From positions 75,133-139,132 of the IMG/VR virus record IMGVR_UViG_3300020576_006930: a stretch of DNA of 64,000 bases. One strand, 5' to 3'. The notes beneath the pieces were generated by a model, which was not told the origin of the DNA, ran no database searches, and was given only the letters and a program-made list of their open reading frames with translations. The translations under genes and the position numbers were made by a program. Of this stretch, positions 1-7,593 are shown in pieces. The stretch is from a virus. Lineage: Duplodnaviria > Caudoviricetes. Numbering within the stretch: position 1 is the stretch's first letter; each line of letters starts with the position of its first letter.

Positions 1-41
1 AAAGGTGGGGCTCTTTATTTTTGCCGTCATATATATGTTTT

Positions 42-917
42 ATGAAAGATAAACTACTACCACATACCCATTTTCCTATGATCGTGGGTCTCACCGCCTT
101 GGCCATTGCGATTTGCGCCGCTGGGTTTTCCGTCTATGGAATCGCCACCTTATTTGCCGGAGCGGCCGTTTCCGTTGCGGTTATGGCTGGGACTTTGGAA
201 TTTGGAAAACTTGTGGTAACGACTTATTTATATCGTTACTGGAACAAGATTGGGTTTGGCTTTAAAACCTATCTGACCCTTTCCGTTTTAATCCTAATGG
301 TCATAACTTCGCTAGGTATTTTTGGGTTTTTAAGTTCCGCATATCAGGCCAGTTCTTTAGCGTATAACCTAAATCAGAGCAAGATCCAACAGATTGAAAC
401 GCAGAAGTCTTTTCACAACGACACCATCACGGCAGCCAATTCAAGGATTGCTATTTTAAACCAAATCCGCAATGGGCAGGAAGCTAGGCTAAGTGAGGCC
501 CAGACCAACGCTTTCATCAGTCGCAATCCGATTCAATTAGCTCAGTTACAAAATCAAACCGGAGAAATGATCAAGCAAGCGAATGAGGAAATTAAGGAAA
601 AAAACCAATTAATAGAAACGGAACGGAAAGCGTTACAAAACATTGATCAACAAACGACGGAGTTAAAAATTGCGGCCAGTGGGAAAAAGGATATTCAAAC
701 TCTAAAATACGTCGCCGATCAACTTGGATGGGAATTGGATCGGGTCGCTTTTTGGTTTATGTTAGCGATCATTTTTGTTTTTGACCCCCTTGCCATAGCT
801 TTGATCCTGGCCTATAACGTCGCGATATTCCGACGGGAATCATTGGAGGTTTTAAAACCGGAAACTCCAAAACAGGAAAAAGAGCTATTATTGGATTCTG
901 ACTCAAAAAAAGCTTAA
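42..917 (+). CDS. Membrane protein (three N-terminal TM helices, long coiled coil, C-terminal TM); possible -1 frameshift extension to 1111
   Basis: Hydrophobic helices (IVGLTALAIAICAAGFSV, TLSVLILMVITSLGIFGFL, WFMLAIIFVFDPLAIALIL) flank a Q/E/K-rich coiled coil. ATG at 42 follows a TATATATG element and is preferred over the TTG at 21. Confidence 0.75.
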   Translation: MKDKLLPHTHFPMIVGLTALAIAICAAGFSVYGIATLFAGAAVSVAVMAGTLEFGKLVVTTYLYRYWNKIGFGFKTYLTLSVLILMVITSLGIFGFLSSAYQASSLAYNLNQSKIQQIETQKSFHNDTITAANSRIAILNQIRNGQEARLSEAQTNAFISRNPIQLAQLQNQTGEMIKQANEEIKEKNQLIETERKALQNIDQQTTELKIAASGKKDIQTLKYVADQLGWELDRVAFWFMLAIIFVFDPLAIALILAYNVAIFRRESLEVLKPETPKQEKELLLDSDSKKA

Positions 918-955
918 CGCCGGAAACTCCGCCGGCGGTTATAAAAATTCCGGAG
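905..955 (+). promoter_or_regulatory. Candidate -1 programmed ribosomal frameshift signal (A_AAA_AAA plus H-type pseudoknot)
   Basis: A7 at 905-911 is read TCA-AAA-AAA-GCT-TAA. After a 6-nt spacer, stem 1 is CGCCGG(918-923)/CCGGCG(932-937) and stem 2 is CTCCG(927-931)/CGGAG(951-955). The -1 frame is open to TAA at 1109-1111. Confidence 0.6.
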
Positions 956-1122
956 ATGGTTGAAATGGAAGTAACAGGATCTTGTCCATTGATAGAAGAT
1001 TCCTATGAAATGGACCCTACTTTAGAACCACCTGATGCCGGCGCGATGCAAAAATCTTCACAACCATTTCACGATCCGTTCTTTGACGCATATTTTAAAA
1101 GAAATAATTAATGAATAATGTC

Positions 1123-1151
1123 TTGACAACATTATCTAATAGTACTAAAAT
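1123..1151 (+). promoter_or_regulatory. Sigma70-type promoter upstream of the operon containing the gp55-like sigma gene
   Basis: TTGACA(1123-1128), 17 nt, TAAAAT(1146-1151) in AT-rich intergenic DNA. Confidence 0.65.
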
Positions 1152-1234
1152 ATATTCGTAATAATCAAATTGTTTTGATTTTGCAGAGAAGAGAAACTAT
1201 ATATCGTATTGAATCCAAGACGGATTCGCAAATT

Positions 1235-1381
1235 ATGGATTTATCTGATATTCAATATCTAATAGAGTTGCTCGAATCTGCAATTCATAGTCAAGACTGG
1301 GATAATGTTCAAGAAGCTTTGGAGTTCCTTAAAGAAGCTAATGATGAAAATTCCTCCCTTGACGTGGATGACAGAGATTAA
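1235..1381 (+). CDS. Small acidic hypothetical protein
   Basis: ORF MDLSDIQYLIELLE...; ATG at 1235 chosen as the start. Confidence 0.55.
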   Translation: MDLSDIQYLIELLESAIHSQDWDNVQEALEFLKEANDENSSLDVDDRD

Positions 1382-1386
1382 CAACT

Positions 1387-1689
1387 ATGCTAGCGACAAT
1401 TATAATTCTATCAATTCTTCTCCTTATTTTTGCCACCGCGTTTGTATCCGTGTGTTTTATCGCCCGTGCCCAATATAATCGAGCGAAACAATACGCAGCG
1501 TTATTAGACGACTATGACGTGATACTAGATGAGTTCGGCGAAGATGTTTTGACGACTTACCAACATATGAAAACCATTGACGATAAAAAATGGTTTGAAT
1601 CGGACGACGATGTTGGGAATGTTTTTCAAGATTTGGTGAAAATTATTGAGAAGTTTAATGAGAAGACGCAAGCTAAACTAGAAAGATAA
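1387..1689 (+). CDS. Hypothetical protein with N-terminal TM anchor
   Basis: Hydrophobic N-terminus followed by an acidic helical domain (FESDDDVGNVF). Confidence 0.7.
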   Translation: MLATIIILSILLLIFATAFVSVCFIARAQYNRAKQYAALLDDYDVILDEFGEDVLTTYQHMKTIDDKKWFESDDDVGNVFQDLVKIIEKFNEKTQAKLER

Positions 1690-1700
1690 ACCCACTTCTT

Positions 1701-2534
1701 ATGAAGCGACTCAAAAAATCACCGAAGAACCATGTCCGAAAAAAATCCTCTCCCGCTCCTACGGTTAAATCCCCCAAAAAGATAGACCCGCCTGTTGGTC
1801 CTAATATCGCACGTAATTGGCGACCACGAAAACCCCGCAGTAAAAAGTTCTCCATTGATAGAATGTATTTCACCCAAGACACTGAGAATGCCATAGTTAA
1901 ATATAATACCACCGAATGTCAGGAAACACGGAATAACATCTACAATACTCTTATCAAGTACGCTTTTGAAAAATTAGTAGAAAATGTTTTTAACACCTTC
2001 AAGTTCTCATATTTAGAAACCGGACCACTTGACGCCCAGAAAGAAACGGTTGCCCACCTTGTCGCGAACATTAACAAGTTCGATCCAACCATCGGATTCA
2101 AAGCGTATTCGTATTTTTCTATCGTTGCGAAGAATTATCTCATCGCACTAAATAACAATAACTACAAGCGTTTCAATCAACACGTTGATATTGGGGAAGA
2201 GAGAGACGACCATACTATCCAGCTTCAGTCGGAGGATAAACATTATAAAGATTCAGAAACCGCTGAGTTCATGGATTTGATGGTTGATTTCTGGGAGAAC
2301 AATGTCAATAAGATTTTCAACAAATCCCGTGACTTAAACATTGCCAATGCGATTATTGAGCTATTCCGAAACTCAGATCGGATCGACGCATATAATAAAA
2401 AAGCCTTGTATTTGTATATTCGGGAGATTTCTAGCTGTAAAACTCAACAGATAACTAAAATTATCAATAAAATGAAGCAATACCAAAGGCAAATAACTCA
2501 GAGTTATGTTGAGGACGGAGTAGTGGAAGTATAA
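1701..2534 (+). CDS. gp55: Late-transcription sigma factor, T4 gp55-like
   Basis: YFT..ENAIVKYN and KFDP..GFKAYSYFSIVAKNYL resemble the sigma region-2 core of gp55-family proteins; basic N-terminal extension. Confidence 0.7.
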   Translation: MKRLKKSPKNHVRKKSSPAPTVKSPKKIDPPVGPNIARNWRPRKPRSKKFSIDRMYFTQDTENAIVKYNTTECQETRNNIYNTLIKYAFEKLVENVFNTFKFSYLETGPLDAQKETVAHLVANINKFDPTIGFKAYSYFSIVAKNYLIALNNNNYKRFNQHVDIGEERDDHTIQLQSEDKHYKDSETAEFMDLMVDFWENNVNKIFNKSRDLNIANAIIELFRNSDRIDAYNKKALYLYIREISSCKTQQITKIINKMKQYQRQITQSYVEDGVVEV

Positions 2535-2580
2535 TCTAAGCATTTATTGGATAAAATGTCTAAATTGGGTTAAGTCGGTC

Positions 2581-2587
2581 TATTTAT
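2581..2587 (+). promoter_or_regulatory. Putative phage late promoter element TATTTAT
   Basis: Lies 4 nt before ATG 2592; the same motif recurs before many structural genes. Confidence 0.55.
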
Positions 2588-2591
2588 CCAT

Positions 2592-2987
2592 ATGGACCAA
2601 GATTTTGATATTTACGACGGAAAAACCTTTTCTCAACTCTGTAGCGATATTGTCGATAATCAGGAAGAAATGAAGGGTCAGATTGATATTCTGATCGGTG
2701 AGTTAAAACCCCTTATTAAAACCGTTAACGATGCGATGATTGTCGTTCCGTTGTTGAAGGATTATATTGACGTTGCGGTTAAGAATAACGAACACCTTAT
2801 TAAATTGGCGGCTATAACCAATAAAGTAAAGGCTAAGTATTCAGACGCGGATGTGTCAGGAGCAGGTGGATTTGAGTCGGTGATGAGTGAGGAAGAAAAG
2901 TCGGAGATTGCCAAACATATCCGGGAAATTCAGGTTGGTCAAACCCAGATAAAGATTGAGAAATCGAAACTGGGGGAGAAAGAGTAA
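2592..2987 (+). CDS. Helical hypothetical protein (possibly small-terminase-like; unproven)
   Basis: 131-aa amphipathic helical ORF behind a TATTTAT element. Confidence 0.55.
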   Translation: MDQDFDIYDGKTFSQLCSDIVDNQEEMKGQIDILIGELKPLIKTVNDAMIVVPLLKDYIDVAVKNNEHLIKLAAITNKVKAKYSDADVSGAGGFESVMSEEEKSEIAKHIREIQVGQTQIKIEKSKLGEKE

Positions 2988-2989
2988 TT

Positions 2990-4582
2990 ATGCCATACTG
3001 GGAAAAGAAATCCCCCACCTCCAACAAATCGATGGATAACTACTCCACCGCGATTTCTGGACCAGCAAATCCTCCGGAGTTTTATGAACTTGAACCCGCG
3101 GTAGTTTTAGATGTTATCATCGATAAGAACCACGAGATTTTTAAAAAGGGCAAAACCATTGGGGAAGAACCTTGGGCGCCAGATCTTAACGGTCAGGCCG
3201 CCCTAAAAACGGATGTAGATTATACCTGGATTGGTCGGGTTCTTGTGCGTCCAGTGACTTCTGGTAAGCAAATTTCAAAAGAAAAATTGGTGTGGGCCAT
3301 ACCAATGGAATCAAATCTCTCCGAATACCCACTGGTTAATGAATTGGTGATTGTTGGAAAATATTTTGGAAAATATTATTACTCCAAAAAACTAAACCAC
3401 TCCAATTTAGTCAATCACAATACGGATTTCTCCAAAGAACCTTACTTGGGCGGCGGAGAAAATACCGAACTGGGTACTTCAGATTTATACCAAGGCCCAT
3501 TATCGAAAACCACTCTTCAATCTGGATTTGGAGAAAAAGGAGTTGCGGGTAGGTATTTTTGGGTAAACAAAAACATCCGTGCGTTACGTCGGCATGAAGG
3601 CGACCTCATCGTCGAAAGTCGTTTTGGCCAATCCATTAAATTTGCGGGGTATGATGACGAACGAAAGAATGATTCGGGGCTTAAGAAAAACAAGGATTAT
3701 TATGGGCCGGCGAACGGCGCATCGAAGAATCCTGTTAGCCAGGAAATGTCAGGCGGCGGAAATCCGATGTTGATCATTCGTAATCGCCAGAGGCCGCTTT
3801 TAAAAAATGGCGAAACATTAATCTTAGCTCATAGCCCAAACCCCGGAACCATCCGGGGGACATCAGAAGAAAAAAACGTTGGTGGTTACGTTTCGGAGGA
3901 TATCAATCACGACGGTTCTTCTATTCACATAACTTCAGGTCAGACGATTAGTTCCTGGGTGACCACTTGTTATAAAAAAATGTTTGGTTTGGGGGAGGAA
4001 GTTAAAGAGTTTTCTGGAATAACGACATTTACTTACCCCACTTTAGATGGTGATCAAATCGTAATTAATTCCGACCGGCTGGTTTTATCGGCTCGTTACG
4101 GAGAACAATTTCACTATTCGAAAAAACGATATGCTATCGTCACCGATAACGAATATACCGTTGATGCGCATCAGCAGGTTGTTATAACCACCAATACCAA
4201 AGCGGTGATTAATGCGCCCGCGATTTATTTGGGGGAATACAACCAAACCAATGAACCTGTTTTGCTTGGCCAAACGTCCGTAAATTGGTTATACGATTTA
4301 TGCGATTGGTTAAAAGCTCACACTCACTGGTATATTCATTCCCACGTTGATGCGGGCGAACAATCTCCGTCACAAACCCAATTGCCTGTCCAAATTCAAC
4401 AATTGATTGCCTTACAGAACCGTCTGGAGAAGTTGTTAAGTCGCAGAGTGTTTGTTACGGGAGGTGGTTTGGCTCCAGGACAAAACGGAGGTTCAATAAC
4501 TGATGGTACGGCACCTACCAATATCAATACCACCACCGGCGCTGGAGTTCCGGGAGGTTGGAAAGGCGCGAACAAGAGATAA
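2990..4582 (+). CDS. Baseplate central spike/hub protein (gp5/gpV-like)
   Basis: N-terminal OB-like region (YPLVNELVIV), EGDLIVESRFGQSIKF, beta-helix-like segment (DQIVINSDRLVLSAR), C-terminal HTH..HSH; lies just upstream of gp25/gp6. Confidence 0.65.
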   Translation: MPYWEKKSPTSNKSMDNYSTAISGPANPPEFYELEPAVVLDVIIDKNHEIFKKGKTIGEEPWAPDLNGQAALKTDVDYTWIGRVLVRPVTSGKQISKEKLVWAIPMESNLSEYPLVNELVIVGKYFGKYYYSKKLNHSNLVNHNTDFSKEPYLGGGENTELGTSDLYQGPLSKTTLQSGFGEKGVAGRYFWVNKNIRALRRHEGDLIVESRFGQSIKFAGYDDERKNDSGLKKNKDYYGPANGASKNPVSQEMSGGGNPMLIIRNRQRPLLKNGETLILAHSPNPGTIRGTSEEKNVGGYVSEDINHDGSSIHITSGQTISSWVTTCYKKMFGLGEEVKEFSGITTFTYPTLDGDQIVINSDRLVLSARYGEQFHYSKKRYAIVTDNEYTVDAHQQVVITTNTKAVINAPAIYLGEYNQTNEPVLLGQTSVNWLYDLCDWLKAHTHWYIHSHVDAGEQSPSQTQLPVQIQQLIALQNRLEKLLSRRVFVTGGGLAPGQNGGSITDGTAPTNINTTTGAGVPGGWKGANKR

Positions 4583-4590
4583 CCCCACAC

Positions 4591-4598
4591 TATTTATA
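4591..4598 (+). promoter_or_regulatory. Putative late promoter TATTTATA
   Basis: TATTTATA-CACAT-ATG(4604), with no room for a Shine-Dalgarno sequence. Confidence 0.55.
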
Positions 4599-4603
4599 CA
4601 CAT

Positions 4604-5173
4604 ATGAAAGCTGATGAACTTATTAAAGCCATACGAAAACTTGTCCGGGACGAAGTTAAAAAAGTTGTAACGGAAGAAGTGAATAAATCTATGACACGCC
4701 TCCTGGCCGAAGTCATTAACCGAAACCCAAATGAAGCTGCGGTAGCTATTAGAGAGGAAGCCCAGCCCCAGAAAACCTATACCAAGGACAATCGCTTAAA
4801 TGAAGCTTTAAATTCAACGGTTACCAATCTGCGGCAACGTGAACCGCGTGCTCCGCATACATCTCCTATGGTAAGTTTATCGGATATGTTTGATAAAATA
4901 GATGCTGGAGAGGATGTTATTACTCAACCAACCCCTTCGCCCATTGATACTTCCACGAAACTTGGAATGTTAAAGAGTATTGTTAGTAACGGACCGATTA
5001 ATCAACAAACTTCGGTCTTGGATCATGTCCACGCCACTCCGATTGCTAATGTGTTTAAAAAAGATTTTCGGTCTATGATGAAAAAAATCGACGAAAAACA
5101 GAAAAAAGGCGGAAGTTTCTTTGCGGGTTCTGTACCTCTGACTCCGACGATGGGTGGTTACGACTCCCAATAA
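4604..5173 (+). CDS. Hypothetical protein
   Basis: 189-aa ORF with an amphipathic N-terminal helix (IRKLVRDEVKKVVTEE). Confidence 0.7.
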   Translation: MKADELIKAIRKLVRDEVKKVVTEEVNKSMTRLLAEVINRNPNEAAVAIREEAQPQKTYTKDNRLNEALNSTVTNLRQREPRAPHTSPMVSLSDMFDKIDAGEDVITQPTPSPIDTSTKLGMLKSIVSNGPINQQTSVLDHVHATPIANVFKKDFRSMMKKIDEKQKKGGSFFAGSVPLTPTMGGYDSQ

Positions 5174-5176
5174 TCT

Positions 5177-5593
5177 ATGATTCCGGCCTCCAAAACTCCA
5201 ATTGGAATAACCATTCCAATAAGAAAGACCGCGTCCTCTTATTTTGATCAAACGTATGATACTTTGGGGCAGACTAGAGCAAATATCATAAATTTACTGA
5301 ACACACGTCCTGGCGAGCGTAGAATGCAACCGACGTTTGGGAGCCGGTTGTGGATCCTGGCGTTCGATCAGAACACGGAGATGTTGCCAGAAACCGCCCG
5401 GCGATTAATTGAAGAAGATATCTCAATGTGGGTTCCTGGAGTAAGCCTTAACTATACGGAGGTTGATCTTTTAAAAAGCGAACAAAGTCAAGACGACCGG
5501 GATATTTATAGATTACACATATCCGTTCAATTTACAATAAATTCAACGAAACAAACCGATACCATCGAATTGAATGTGGATAGGGTACAATAA
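5177..5593 (+). CDS. gp25: Baseplate wedge subunit, gp25/GPW family
   Basis: NIINLLNTRPGERRMQPTFGSRL signature. Confidence 0.9.
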   Translation: MIPASKTPIGITIPIRKTASSYFDQTYDTLGQTRANIINLLNTRPGERRMQPTFGSRLWILAFDQNTEMLPETARRLIEEDISMWVPGVSLNYTEVDLLKSEQSQDDRDIYRLHISVQFTINSTKQTDTIELNVDRVQ

Positions 5594-5598
5594 CTAAT

Positions 5599-7575
5599 AT
5601 GTCAGCCACCACCCCCAAGTCATTCCAACCCCAATCTAAAGATGTGCGGTATGTTAATCGTGACTTCCCTCAGTTGAAGGAAGCCCTTATCCAATTTGCC
5701 AAATCTTATTTTCCCAACACCTATAAGGACTTTTCCGATTCTTCTCCAGGAATGATGTTCATTGAACAAGCGGCTTATGTCGGAGATGTGTTATCCTATT
5801 ATACGGATTATATTTTCAAAGAATCCCTGATTGGTAATACCCAAGAACGCACTAATATCATCGCCTTGTCCCGGTACCTGGGTTATAAGGTTAAAGCTAG
5901 CCGGGGAGCAACGGCGGAGTTGGATTTATATCAAATAATACCCGCAGTTGAAATTAATGGTGAATATGTTCCGGATACCAGATTTGCTTTGGAAATCAAG
6001 GAGGGGGCACAGGTATCTAATAATGTTGGTTCTGCTTATTTGACAATGTTGCCAGTAAATTTCTCCGTTAATACTAACATTTCCCCGCGCACCGACTCCG
6101 TATACAGCCGCACCGACTCCGGTGTTCCTGAATATTTCCTCTGTAAAAAAAGCGTGCGCATTCGGGCTGGAAAAATTGTCGTTAAAAGTTTTTCGGTCAA
6201 TGACCCAAGTTCATTTTTGCGATTATATCTGGATGAAACGAATGTATTGGAAATCCTTGAAGTAAAAGACGCAGATAATAACAAATGGTATGAAGTTGAT
6301 TATTTAGCTCAGGAGGTAGTATTGGATTCCGTGCCCAACGACGAATCCTATGAGGGTTTTTACACAACTTACCGTGATCAGGTGCCTTATATTTTACAAT
6401 ATCTCCGAACCTCAAAACGATACACGACAAATGTGGATGAGAACAATCTCACCTATCTTGAATTCGGGGCTGGTCTGGAGGCGTTTTCCAATGAATTGGT
6501 GACGATGAATTCTCAATTGGTGGGCGTGGGTTTGAGTAATATTAATAAATTGAACATTCCCTACGATCCCTCAAACTTTTTAAAGAATGAAACCTACGGT
6601 TTAGCGCCTAACAATACCACCATCACCGTTAAATATTTGGTGGGCGGCGGTTATACGTCTAATGCTAGCGTCGATGAGATCATAAATATAGACTCTGTGG
6701 AATATGATAACTCAACTATTGGTTTGTTGCCGGATCAAATCACTAAAATTGATGATGCGAAGAGTTCGTTGCGGGTTACGAATCCCGTCCCGGCCACGGG
6801 AGGTAAGGATCCTGAAACAAATGACGAGATAAGACAAAACGCATTAGCCTTTTTCGCTGCTCAAAATCGATCAGTCACCAAAGATGATTACCTTGTGCGG
6901 GTTTATTCCATGCCGCCCAAATACGGTTCGCTTGCTAAAGTTCAAGTCGTTACCAATACCAGCCTAGACGTCAACGTCAATCAAATTTTAACCGGCACCA
7001 TCGATGCGAATAATATTGCGCAGGTGACCAACACCGACACCCAAACTTATTTTCGTAAATTGTCTTATGACCGGTCCAATCCATTCGCCATCAACCTATA
7101 CGTTTTATCTTACGATAATAACAAGAATTTAACGCCTGCGAATCAAGCACTGATCAATAATATGATCAACTATTTGAAGCAATTTCGCATGATTACGGAC
7201 GCGATAAATGTTGTGGATGGTTATGTGATAAACATTGGCCTTGAATTTACCATTTCCGTGTTCAAGGGTTACAATAAAAAAGAGGTTTTGTTGAATGCGA
7301 TCACCGCGGTTCAGTATTTCTTTAACATTGATAATTGGAACTTTTCCCAAACCATCAATCTAAGCCAACTGGAATTGGAAATTGCCAAAACCGATGGCGT
7401 TCAGTCGGTGCTTTCATTGGACATTTTCAATCTTAATGCCAACGATGGGAACTATTCCAAAGTTGAGTATGATATCAATAGTGCCACCCGCAATAAAATT
7501 GTATACCCATCCGTTGACCCGTCTGTTTTTGAAATAAAATATCCCGATCAAGATATTAAAGGGACGGTGGTGTAA
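5599..7575 (+). CDS. gp6: Baseplate wedge protein, T4 gp6-like
   Basis: RDFPQLKEALI..YKDFSDSSPGMMFIE..AYVGDVLSYY; GGKDPETNDEIRQNA..QNRSVTKDDY. Confidence 0.9.
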   Translation: MSATTPKSFQPQSKDVRYVNRDFPQLKEALIQFAKSYFPNTYKDFSDSSPGMMFIEQAAYVGDVLSYYTDYIFKESLIGNTQERTNIIALSRYLGYKVKASRGATAELDLYQIIPAVEINGEYVPDTRFALEIKEGAQVSNNVGSAYLTMLPVNFSVNTNISPRTDSVYSRTDSGVPEYFLCKKSVRIRAGKIVVKSFSVNDPSSFLRLYLDETNVLEILEVKDADNNKWYEVDYLAQEVVLDSVPNDESYEGFYTTYRDQVPYILQYLRTSKRYTTNVDENNLTYLEFGAGLEAFSNELVTMNSQLVGVGLSNINKLNIPYDPSNFLKNETYGLAPNNTTITVKYLVGGGYTSNASVDEIINIDSVEYDNSTIGLLPDQITKIDDAKSSLRVTNPVPATGGKDPETNDEIRQNALAFFAAQNRSVTKDDYLVRVYSMPPKYGSLAKVQVVTNTSLDVNVNQILTGTIDANNIAQVTNTDTQTYFRKLSYDRSNPFAINLYVLSYDNNKNLTPANQALINNMINYLKQFRMITDAINVVDGYVINIGLEFTISVFKGYNKKEVLLNAITAVQYFFNIDNWNFSQTINLSQLELEIAKTDGVQSVLSLDIFNLNANDGNYSKVEYDINSATRNKIVYPSVDPSVFEIKYPDQDIKGTVV

Positions 7576-7593
7576 ACCGATTTTAAGTAGATT

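Noticed and set aside
1-22. Terminator at the window start (GGTGGGGCTC followed by a T-rich run)
   Set aside because: Only the 3' arm is visible, so the hairpin cannot be confirmed.
6088-6121. 13-nt direct repeat CGCACCGACTCCG in gp6
   Set aside because: Short in-frame coding duplication (RTDS twice) with no evidence of function.
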